DNA from: Octopus sinensis
Taxonomy: Eukaryota
DNA length: 64,000 bases
Direction of reading: 5' to 3'
Assembly: GCF_006345805.1 (NCBI RefSeq)
Contig: NC_042998.1
Span: forward strand, 4,898,001 to 4,962,000
Part shown: piece after piece, positions 38,290 through 49,452 of the stretch
Layout: each line of letters begins with the position of its first letter
Position numbering within the stretch: position 1 is the first letter of the stretch
Program-made: the position numbers and the translations under genes
Notes under the pieces: generated by a model
Database searches by the model: none
Seen by the model: only the letters and a program-made list of their open reading frames with translations
Told to the model about the DNA's origin: nothing

Positions 38290-40172
38290 TAAATGTATGG
38301 ATAGTAATGCTAATAGTAAATTGTTGTCTTTCATAATCTCAATGATCCTCTTGAGTGCTAAATGTCTGATATATTGGAGCGTGTCTTTAGAAAACCAAAT
38401 TGAATCCAACTTAATAAAGGATCTATTAATGGCCGTATACAATTTAGAACCATTTTGTTATATTGTATTGATGCAATACTGTTTAAATTATTAAATGAAT
38501 AGCCTATTGTTGTGAAACCATGTAAGCTTTGGTACACTTCTGATTAAGTTTAAACGGCACACATTGACCAGTGTGTTTGTTTGGTCTGTATGACATAATT
38601 CAAAGAGATTCTTTCATTTCTCTATTCAGCTCTTCCAGAGTGTAAAGACTTTCATAAACTGGCAACGGCTATTCTACTACTGGAGAAATGATAAATTTGG
38701 TGTAGGTAACTGTAGTGGTTTTGCAAATAGGGCGTTGAAATGGTCTTTCCAAAGATTTTCCTCCCGGCTTTAGTTCCGTGCATACATAGGGAAAGAATGT
38801 TCTAAATCCTTGCACCATACGTCATACCACCTTTAATAATAAGTGTAATTAAAATAATTTATGAGAACACAGAAATCCATCTGATCACCGAAAGAAGCAT
38901 AGAAAATGCGTGATAGAGATTGTGGATTTGCTACAGAACCTAGGAGACGGACACAGTATCCAGCGATACGACCAAAGGATTTTCGTATGATTAAGGAACA
39001 ACTAATCATGCATCGCATTGATTAGGGAATAACTGCAGTTAGCTGAAAATTTATTATACTGTGTAGTATATTCAGAAGATTTAGTCGATTTACATCTTAA
39101 TGCTAGCAAAGTAGAAATTTTAACGGATGGATTTAATGAGGATTATCAAGTAAAATACTTATCTGGTCAAATCATTAATCGGATACAGCAATTAAAGTAT
39201 TTAAGCGTTTATATTCCAGAAAGAAAATAATGATGTTAACGTGTTAAAGGAGTGGTATAGGCTGCTATAAATAAGCAAGACAAAATATGAAAGTCTATCA
39301 GGGACAGCAAACTGACACTTGGTTTCTTCAGAGCATGTCGAGTATGTATTCTTCTATGTAACTCCAGAAACTTGAACCATATTACAAAACCTAGAAATAA
39401 AAATGAGAACATTATGTACTAGGCGCTGGAGTGGCTGTGTGGTAACTAGCTTGCTAACCAACCACATGGCTCCGGGTTCAGTCCCACTGCGTGGCATCTT
39501 GGGCAAGTGTCTTCTGCTATAGCCCCGGGCTGACCAATGCATTGTGAGTGGATTTGGTAGACTGAAACTGAAAGAAGCCTGTCGTATATATGTATATATA
39601 TATAAGTGTGTGTGTTTGTGGGTTTGTGTGTCTGTGTTTGTCCCCCTAGCATTGCTTGACAACCGATGCTGGTGTGTTTACGTCCCTGTCACTTAGCGGT
39701 TCGGCAAAAGAGACTGATAGAATAAGTACTGGGCTTACAAAGAATAAGTCCCGGGGTCGAGTTGCTCGACTAAAGGCGGTGCTCCAGCATGGCCGCAGTC
39801 AAATGACTGAAACAAGTAAAAGAGTAAAGAGTAAAAAGAGTAAAGCTATTGAGAAGAATTTTTATCATCATCTAGAGAGACCCTACAACCAACTGAGAGC
39901 TATAGAGTGCATTACGTTTTGGTAGAAATTACCACAGAACGGTGGACCAACCAGTCTCTAAGATTTTATTTTGGCTTCCATCAGGAAGTAGGCGCAAAGG
40001 AGTTGCAATGAAGTTCTTTCCAGAAATACTCAAAGAGTATACTGGTTTAAATTTGATTTTGAAATCAAAGTCCCGATTGCGAGTGAAGGTCAAAGACAGT
40101 TGGAAGCAGAGTGTGAAAGCTGCTATAGCTTTCGTCTGAGGACGACTGATGATGATGATGATGATGATGATA
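38290..40172 (+). pseudogene. Ancient RTE-X-like LINE with an inverted 5' segment (about 38290-38765), SINE-interrupted, (GAT)n tail
   Basis: Minus: ENLWKDHFNALF, YNKMVLNCIRPLIDPLL..QFGF, LALKRIIE. Plus: ILAPYVIPPLIISVIKIIYENT, GFATEPRRRTQYPA, FFRAC..ET*TIT, PVSKILFWLPSGSRRKG..TGL. Confidence 0.6.
39422..39845 (+). mobile_element. SINE family A, full length
   Basis: Head, core, tail and (GAGTAAA)n. Confidence 0.9.
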
Positions 40173-40649
40173 TGTTTCTAGTTATATATATATTTTTGTA
40201 TTTATATATATTCATATTCATAAGTACGTAGAGAACGAAATTAATTAAAATCACAATCTGTTCGGGTATGATTGAATTCTAGTCTTCTATAAATTCTAGG
40301 ATCTTCAGATCCTAGAATTTAGCGAAAAGGAAATAGTCATTAATAAAGCTGTCATCAGTGATATAATGCATACTATGAGGTTACATATTTATTTGATAAT
40401 TATTTTTAAGCAAAAATAATGCAGTGAAATATCATGGGAGGATGTTATTATGGAGCTGAATGCTTCGAAACAACAGCTTATACACGATAGACTCTATTGG
40501 CATAAAATAATATAGAGATGATTGCCCGCTATATAATCATCAATCGTTTACTCATATAAAGAAACGTTTTATCAGAAACTTTACAAAAAGAACTACCCGA
40601 ACTAACATAAACATTGTAAACATCTTAAATATCAGATCTTAACACTGGA

Positions 40650-40717
<68 letters not shown>

Positions 40718-40723
<6 letters not shown>

Positions 40724-43395
40724 TCAATATAGGGTGGCAAGGAAAATTTTGTAGAATTTTATTGCCACCAGCGGCCCAGTGGGAAAAAATTAAATAGTCA
40801 TAGACCATTTTTAAGTTCAACATTAACAATTAAGGAACGGCCATAATAGGCCATTCACCCACTAGAAATAACAGCCAAAGCTTCTACCGCAAATAAAGAT
40901 TAATTCCGTAAACAGGAGAAAATTAAAAAAACATTTACCCTGTAATTTCTTGTACGGTATACCGTTTCATCCGCTGTTTAATGGTAAACTAACCTGATTA
41001 AATTAAATCAAGCCAATAAAATTCTACAAAATTTTCCTTGCCACCCTATATTGATTAATTATGAATTTTTTGGTTAATTCCGTAATGGAATCGACGGCTG
41101 ATATTTATTGCTGCCGATAAATTGGCGCGAGTGCGACGATTTGAAAATTTTAGGTCAGATATGACTTGGCAAGATTGGGTATGCCTCGTGTAAATATCTG
41201 TTCCGACTTGAGCTATTTCTTGCTGAAGAATCCGAGGGCTTATGGAAGATTGGCTTGATTTAATTTAATCAGGTTAGTTTACCATTAAACAGCGGATGAA
41301 ACGGTATACCGTACAAGAAATTACAGGGTAAATGTTTTTTTAATTTCTCCTGTTTACGGAATTAATCTTTATTTGCGGTAGAAGCTTTGGCTGTTATTTC
41401 TAGTGGGTGAATGGCCTATTATGGCCGTTCCTTAATTGTTAATGTTGAACTTAAAAATGGTCTATGACTATTTAATTTTTTCCCACTGGGCCGCTGGTGG
41501 CAATAAAATTCTACAAAATTTTCCTTGCCACCCTATATTGATTAATTATGAATTTTTTGGTTAATTCCGTAATGGAATCGACGGCTGATATTTATTTGCT
41601 GCCGATAAATTTGGCGCGAGTGCGACGATTTGAAAATTTTAGGTCAGATATTGACTTGGCAAGATTGGGTATGCCTCGTGTAAATATCTGTTCCGACTTG
41701 AGCTATTTCTTGCTGAAGAATCCGAGGGCTTATGGAAGATTGGCTTGATTTAATTTAATCAGGTTAGTTTACCATTAAACAGCGGATGAAACGGTATACC
41801 GTACAAGAAATTACAGGGTAAATGTTTTTTTAATTTTCTCCTGTTTACGGAATTAATCTTTATTTGCGGTTAGAAGCTTTGGCTGTTATTTCTAGTGGGT
41901 GAATGGCCTATTATGGCCGTTCCTTAATTGTTAATGTTGAACTTAAAAATGGTCTATGACTATTTAATTTTTTCCCACTGGCCGCTGGTGGCAATAAAAT
42001 TCTACAAAATTTTCCTTGCCACCCTATATTGATTAATTATGAATTTTTTGGTTAATTCCGTAATGGAATCGACGGCTGATATTTATTTGCTGCCGATAAA
42101 TTTGGCGCGAGTGCGGCGATTTGAAAATTTTAGGTCAGATATTGACTTGGCAAGATTGGGTATGCCTCGTGTAAATATCTGTTCCGACTTGAGCTATTTC
42201 TTGCTGAAGAATCCGAGGGCTTATGGAAGATTGGCTTGATTTAATTTAATCAGGTTAGTTTACCATTAAACAGCGGATGAAACGGTATACCGTACAAGAA
42301 ATTACAGGGTAAATGTTTTTTTAATTTTCTCCTGTTTACGGAATTAATCTTTATTTGCGGTAGAAGCTTTGGCTGTTATTTCTAGTGGGTGAATGGCCTA
42401 TTATGGCCGTTCCTTAATTGTTAATGTTGAACTTAAAAATGGTCTATGACTATTTAATTTTTTCCCACTGGGCCGCTGGTGGCAATAAAATTCTACAAAA
42501 TTTTCCTTGCCACCCTATATTGATTAATTATGAATTTTTGGTTAATTCCGTAATGGAATCGACGGCTGATATTTATTTGCTGCCGATAAATTTGGCGCGA
42601 GTGCGACGATTTGAAAATTTTAGGTCAGATATTGACTTGGCAAGATTGGGTATGCCTCGTGTAAATATCTGTTCCGACTTGAGCTATTTCTTGCTGAAGA
42701 ATCCGAGGGCTTATGGAAGATTGGCTTGATTTAATTTAATCAGGTTAGTTTACCATTAAACAGCGGATGAAACGGTATACCGTACAGGAAATTACAGGGT
42801 AAATTTTTTTAATTTTCTCCTGTTTACGGAATAATCTTTATTTGCGGTAGAAGCTTGGCTGTTATTTCTAGTGGGTGAATGGCCTATTATGGCCGTTCCT
42901 TAATTGTTATGTTGAACTTAAAAATGGTCTATGACTATTTAATTTTTTCCCACTGGGCCGCTGGTGGCAATAAAATTCTACAAAATTTTCCTTGCCACCC
43001 TATATTGATTAATTATGAATTTTTTGGTTAATTCCGTAATGGAATCGACGGCTGATATTTATTTGCTGCCGATAAATTTGGCGCGAGTGCGACGATTTGA
43101 AAATTTTAGGTCAGATATTGACTTGGCAAGATTGGGTATGCCTCGTGTAAATATCTGTTCCGACTTGAGCTATTTTTGCTGAAGAATCCGAGGGCTTATG
43201 GAAGATTGGCTTGATTTAATTCAATCAGGTTAGTTTACCATTAAACAGCGGATGAAACGGTATACCGTACAAGAAATTACAGGGTAAATGTTTTTTTAAT
43301 TTTCTCCTGTTTACGGAATTAATCTTTATTTGCGGTAGAAGCTTTGGCTGTTATTTCTAGTGGGTGAATGGCCTATTATGGCCGTTCCTTAATTG

Positions 43396-43400
<5 letters not shown>
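40718..43400. repeat. HHR tandem array 2: about 491-bp unit, 0.6 inverted copy (40718 to about 41015) joined head-to-head to about 4.9 forward copies, flanked by (TA)n
   Basis: GCCACCCTATATTG at 41040, 41527, 42018, 42509 and 42994. The left arm is the reverse complement of the unit. Confidence 0.95.
41215..41321 (+). ncRNA. Canonical type I hammerhead ribozyme motif; further copies at 41705-41811, 42196-42302, 42686-42792 and 43172-43277
   Basis: ATTTCTTG-CTGAAGA-ATCCG..CGGAT-GAAAC-GG-TATA-CC-GTA-CAAGAAAT: 8-bp stem I, 5-bp stem II base, 4-bp stem III, all core nucleotides present, GUA triplet. Confidence 0.9.
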
Positions 43401-43431
<31 letters not shown>

Positions 43432-45245
43432 TGTAGAGAAAGCATGAAAAAGAGTTGCTACTGTATGGAAAGATGTTCTAACTAATGACCTTCAAATATA
43501 AAGAATAACCAGCCGAATTGTTAGAAAGGAAGAAAGTTATCGTTAGAATGGAAACCTGGTCCGAAAGTGAGTAACGCAAGGTCCAGATAAGAAACCTAGT
43601 CCGAAAGAATGTAACACAAGATCCAGATAATGGTGTTAAGCCCTACTACGGATTAAACTAATACATCGAAGAGGAGTAATCTCTCCTAAGGACATGAACA
43701 CCTTTCTGTCGGCGAGAACTTTACCGCCAATAAAACTTACTCAGAAATATTGGCTCAATCCGAGATTGTAGAAGATTATACCACTTTGTGTTGGAAATCA
43801 TGAATGGATATAGCAAGAGAGAAGATAGATGTTGAGGGGTAGGGTAAGCGTCCGGTGGAGAAAGACAGATATAAGGGGAAATTAATCACGGGTCCTGTCA
43901 CTCTGTCTTACGCCGAGCAACATCTAACTCCTCTAAATATATATATACACACACATACATCGAAAATGTTTAATTCATTCGCAGTTTGTAAATTGACTTA
44001 ATGCAATAAATATAAATGCAAAGAATGTCTGTCTTAGCAGGGATAACAGCAGACGTCAGAAAATTAAACAACTGATATCTCAGTACTGTGGAGTTACGGG
44101 AGTGGAACTGATTAGATAGTTTTTATCTTAAGAACACTTGTAAGGAAATGAGACTGGCAGACGATAGAGAACCTTAAATCAGTTAATGGTTTAGAATATT
44201 ATCTTTGAAATAGGTCGGGGTTTAGCAACATCCTGTTGAGGACAGCTAATATGTAAGGGAATAAAATTATTGGGGGAGCGGAATGATTATATTACAAAAT
44301 TGAATTTTATTCAAGACAACGTTATTGCTAATTGTGAAGTTTGTGTAAAGGATAATTAGAAAAGAAGTAGAATTAATTTTGATATGTAACACGGATTATT
44401 ATCAAAACGGTAAGCAGAAACAATTATATGGTAAGTATAAAAAGCAATATTAATCAGTGATACTGGGGTTTATTTTTTTGGCAAATCTCGGTGACATATC
44501 CGGACATGTTTCGGAGTTATAACCTTCATCATGGAAGCATATGCATTTTGCCAAAGTAGTGGTGAAAGTGACGGTTATATTAATTTTGTTTTCTTATTTC
44601 TTCATTGTTTTATTTCCTTTTTATCATTTTAGTGTTCCCTATATTGGATGTTTTAACATGAAATTAACTGTTGCCTTTCACGAGGATGGTGCTTCTAAAT
44701 TATTTATTCTGGGAAATGCAATGCAAACATTTCCGAAAGAGGACATTTCAGCAATACTGGGGTTGGGTATGATGTAATTAATAAAGAAGTGACTTAATGA
44801 AATTGGCAAAAGACTAATTATAGATTTAGCAGACCGAATTAGCTAAAAAGGGTAACCAATTTGTGATAGAAGAATTTATTTTCTTTATTACCTTTTTTTA
44901 AAAATAAGATCAACATTTAAAGTAAGAACAGCATCTTTTCCACTATCCCAGGAAAATATTTAAAGAAAAGACTAAGAAATGGCATTGAGATGTCAGTTTA
45001 GATTAGATAGTGATCCCAGTATGATAACAGAAAAAGGAGTGACGTCTTACTGTAGTGGGAAATGTTTTTCTTCGTTTCGCTCACTCTCTCTGCCTCTTTT
45101 TTCTCTTCCTTCTATCCCTCTCACTGAGTTGCTTTTCATCCCTTGAAATCATGGCTGCTGTCAATGTTAGTCAACCATTTTGGCCTGGATTTGTGTAACC
45201 ATGAAGACATTTTGTAAGAGTTGCTTATTATTATTATTATTATTA

Positions 45246-47254
45246 CTTTTTTTTATCTTCTTTCAAATTTTCTTCCATTTCTTGCCGAGTGTCTTCCCGA
45301 CTCCTAGGGCAAAGAAACTCATAGCGTATATTGGTAGGCCATTAAACCAAAGTCAGTAGTTCGTTCATTTTTTTTTTTTTTTTTTAAAGTTAAATTAAAA
45401 TACATGAGCAGCAACAGTTCTCACATCGACAATGCTCTTCTCAATACGTGTGATGTACCAGTTAAGACAATCTTTTGCACTTCTTGCAGGGATGGTAAGC
45501 CAGGGATCATTCTCATATAATTTTCGGTTCCCTTCTTGATCATTCTAGTGCTCCTACGATCACTGGTATTGTAACCGCCTTGAGATGCCACATTTTCTCA
45601 ATTTCAATGAGTAAGTCTTTATATTTTCTGAGCTTGTCAAACTCTTCGCTGAGATATTATGATCACAGGGGATGCTCATGTCGATCAATAAGCAAACTTT
45701 ATTGTTTTGGTCTTTCACAACAATATCTGGTTTATTGGCCTTGATGGTTCGGTCTGTATGTACTGGAAAGTCCCACAGAATTGTTACATTTTCTCCTTCA
45801 GTTACAGCCTCAGGGTGGTGATTATACCACTTATCGGCAGTTTTGATATTGTAATGCCGACTTATTAGCCAGTGGAGATATTGGCCAACTCTGTCATGTC
45901 TTAATTTATACTCCACTGGTGCTAAAACTTTACATCCAGAGATTAGGTGGTCCACTGTTTCAATCATGTCGTTGCAGAATCGGCATTTTGGGTCTGCTCC
46001 ATTTTTCATCACATTGGCCTGGTAGTTCCGGGTTAATAGGCTTTGGTCTTGAGCAGCCAGGATGAAACCTTCGCTCTCTGCTTTTAGCCCTGAGCTCCGC
46101 AGCCACTGATGGGTTTGCTTCTGGTCAACATCAGCTTGTTTGCTGCGGGTCACATATTTGCCGTGCAGAGGTTTCTCCTCCCACCTATCAGCCAATGCTC
46201 GTGCGCTTTTTTCATTGCCATCATTTTCACCTTCTTTGCAACAATAGTTGCCGTACTTCCCTCGGGTTGTTCAGTTTGGGTATCCTGCACGAGATCAATA
46301 GCAAATTTTTTGCTTTCCTTGATGATAGAATGAAGCTTCTTTCGTCTTCGTGATTTTCCACGAGCTTTAGCATCCAGTCATTCGATATTTCGAGATATTT
46401 GGCCAGTCCAATTGTGGTTGTTTTGTAAGCTAGTTCAAATTGGATCAGGCCTCGACCTCCTTGGGCTCTGGGAAGGTAAAGGCGATCTACGTCTGCCTTT
46501 GGGTGGTGCATCCTATTACAACTCAGCAACTTGCGTATTTTTCTATCTATATTCTTTACTTCACTCATATTCCAGTTCAACACATTGTAGCGATAAGTAA
46601 CAACTGGAACTGCTAAGGAATTTATAGCTAACACCTTGTTACGTGCATTTAGTTCAGATTTCAGGACTGCACGAACTCTCCTATAACATTCCTTCCTGAT
46701 TTTCTCTTTCATGCTTCCATGCTGAATACCAGAGCCTTCATTTATCCCTAAATATTTGTATGTCTGTTCTTGCTCAAGCTCTCTTATGACTGTCTCAACA
46801 TCTAACATGACTGAATTTGTGGTCTTCACTTTCCCTTTCTGGAAAGTGGCCTTGGCACACTTCTCAAGTCCAAACTCCATCCCGATGTCATCGCTGAATG
46901 CTTTCACGGTGCGCAATAGGCCTTCAAGTTCATTATTGTCTTTACCATAAAGTTTTAAGTCATCCATATAAAATAGATGGCTTATTTTTTTATTGGCAAT
47001 TTTATACCCATACCCTGTTCTGTTTAATTCACTTGTAAGGGGTATTAGGGCTATGCAGAATATTAAAGGTGAAAGTGAGTCACCTTGAAAAATTCCACAG
47101 TTGATGTTTATATTTTCTGAGGCAAGTACTCCATTAGAGTGGTATAATTGGAGATTCGTATTCCACAACGACATATTGTGCTTCAGGAAGTTTGAAATCA
47201 CAGGGGAAATTTTAAAGATGTCCAGCGATCTCAAGATCCATGGATGCGGTATAC

Positions 47255-47256
<2 letters not shown>
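45246..47256 (-). mobile_element. 5'-truncated R4/Dong-like RLE non-LTR retrotransposon (RT, CCHC, PD..D endonuclease) inserted in (TAA)n
   Basis: GIFQGDSLSPLIF, FYMDDLKLY, CRFCNDMIETVDHLISGC, RHD, KPDIVV..LIDMSIP, QKIVLTGTSHVLRRALSM* (stop at 45421). At least two frameshifts; (TAA)n on both sides. Confidence 0.92.
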
Positions 47257-47303
<47 letters not shown>

Positions 47304-47858
47304 GAGTGAGCGAGCAGAGCATGCCATCAAAGTGACACTGGGGTAAAATATACGAAGCCCAGTATACCCATCATGACTACCCGTCTGATAAGGGTACACC
47401 AGGCACATGCATCACAACCATATGTGCGCGACATGGTGTTCTCATATCAAGATAAACAGCACATGACCTTGCAGGTGGAGCCCAGTTAGAATTTTCTTCA
47501 GATCGAGTAACCCATCCCGCGCAAAAGGTCCCTGAATAAGGGTTGTTTAAGGACGTTGAACGAAACACCCATGTTTCCAGAGGTGAATTATTCAAACCCC
47601 AAAGAATCCTTCTCAACACATGGCTATGATACTCCCCCACTACTTCTGCTCGTGATCAGAGATGCACATATCGTCAGCCACTAAGGGACATGCTCAACTG
47701 GTTAAGGTCAAGCATCTGACAAGCAAATCTGTGGTATTGAGCAGAATATTTGCTGTAGCCCATCTTTTATACCAAGACAAAACAATGTACATGATAACAC
47801 TTCCAATCAGTTAAGATCAGAAGCCATGAGAGCCACTGCCTGGTACTGCATCAGGGCA
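47304..47858 (-). mobile_element. Unclassified 555-bp non-coding interspersed-repeat-like element between (TAA)n tracts
   Basis: Sharp boundaries at (TTA)n on both sides, higher GC than the flanks, no convincing ORF or tRNA head. Strand is assumed from the neighbouring elements. Confidence 0.5.
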
Positions 47859-47881
47859 TTATATTTATTATTATTATTATT

Positions 47882-48805
47882 CAGTAGTTTTATTTTTATA
47901 GCGTGCTTTTACTTCACTACCGAGCACAGCTCTGTGTGCCTTGGGTATGTGCTGTGATTTGTTGTGATGCTCTGATGGTTATTGTATGGAAAGTGTTCTG
48001 CGTAGGATGTGTGCAGTGCCTAGTAGTGCAACTTTCTGTATGTTATATGTGTTTGTAAGTCCTGGTGTTTTTGTTATGTATTTGTCTGAATATTTTTTTC
48101 ATGCCTAATGCACCTACTATGATAGGAATTGTTTCTGTTTTCAGATTCCACATTCTAGTTACCTCTATTTCAAGGTCTTTGTATTTTGAGAGTTATTTTA
48201 TATGTATGTGTTGTTGTATTTTCATTTTTTGGGTAGAGTACTGCTGTGAAGTATGCGTGTAAGATAGAAATGTATTCCTCACGTGTCCATTTACGTCTTT
48301 TGGGTTTTATTTGCGGGACATGAGGTACAACGTCTGGCCCATTATTTTGACGGTCGTCATTTTCGTAGGGTACCGGTCCGTTTATTTCTGTTGTCACATT
48401 ATTTCGCACGTGTAGTTTTTCGTACATTTGTTGTTGTAAGTTTAATGTACGTGCCGCTCGATTGTTATTCTAGGGTTGAATAGTATCGGTGGCATTTAAT
48501 TTCTTCGTAGTTCCTTTGTACATGGTGTTTGGGGTCGGAGATGATCGTGATGTTCCACGCATGTTTACATGTGTTGCGTTAGAGGCGGAGATGATATCGA
48601 GTCAAAATACATCATTTCGTTTCGAAAATAGTAATAAATTTCAATTAGTATTACTTACTCGGATACAGTCCAATTCTTTGTTAGTAAAACTTTGGCTCCA
48701 TAGGATGTCCTTGTTTTCGATGTTTGTGGATAGATTTCGGAGCTCTGAATTTTCCTTCTTACATCTTAAACGTCCCCGGTGTTCTCTTAAACGTCCCCGG
48801 TGTTT
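47882..48805 (-). mobile_element. Internally deleted Dong-like element (5' region and N-terminal KRRKWTREEY segment fused to the C-terminal endonuclease tail)
   Basis: 47882-48194 is nearly identical to 63474-63786 (LSKYKDLEIEV..GTAHILRRTLSIQ*). Upstream of the junction is KPKRRKWTREEYISILHAYF. (TAA)n on both sides. Confidence 0.7.
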
Positions 48806-48809
48806 ATAA

Positions 48810-48905
<96 letters not shown>

Positions 48906-48907
<2 letters not shown>

Positions 48908-49104
48908 GTTTGACTTTTGCTTTGTATTTGTACAAGTTGAGTCCAAGACCTCAAGAGACAACAGGTTAGAAGTTCATGTTGGTGTTTTGCCTAGGGTGTT
49001 ATATATTTGGTTTTGCACATAGTACTCTTCTAGAGAATGTTTAAAAAAACATAAGAAAATTATGAGGTTGCATAAAAATTTGAGATGAAGTAGTATTTTA
49101 CGTA
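48906..49104 (-). mobile_element. 3' UTR fragment of Dong-like subfamily A
   Basis: Matches about 68-281 in reverse complement and is followed (minus strand) by (TAA)n. Confidence 0.72.
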
Positions 49105-49132
49105 TATATATATATATACACATATATATATG

Positions 49133-49163
<31 letters not shown>

Positions 49164-49439
49164 ACATATATATATGTATATATATATATGTATCTTAATA
49201 CTGATAAATTGCCCTAAAATATATTTACATATATATGTGGGGAGGGAGCAGTGTTGTCTGTTAGTTTGGGCGTGCCATAAGCAAATAAATTTATCGCAAA
49301 TAAATTACGTAAGAAATTCTTTTTTTAACTGTTTTCGTTTTATTCTTTATTAATATTTGCAAAAATCGCATTACATTAGCTGTACTCTTTGTATCTCTAG
49401 AGGGCATCTAGTCGGTTAATTAGTACAAGTGATGTCATG

Positions 49440-49452
49440 GTTGCCTGGCAAA
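49440..49452. promoter_or_regulatory. Imperfect RFX X-box-like motif
   Basis: GTTGCC-T-GGCAAA, one mismatch to GTTGCC-N-GGCAAC. Confidence 0.2.

Noticed and set aside
41548-42729. Repeated 66-103-aa ORFs in array 2 and 68-93-aa ORFs in array 3
   Set aside because: They have no recognisable domain, use non-ATG starts or homopolymer-dependent frames, and recur only because the unit repeats.
43552-43630. Two-copy direct repeat of about 40 bp
   Set aside because: It is a small local duplication with no further structure.
46227-47408. Poly-N N-terminal extension of the RT ORF
   Set aside because: It is read-through from the adjacent element and (AAT)n target into a 5'-truncated RT and not a real protein N-terminus.
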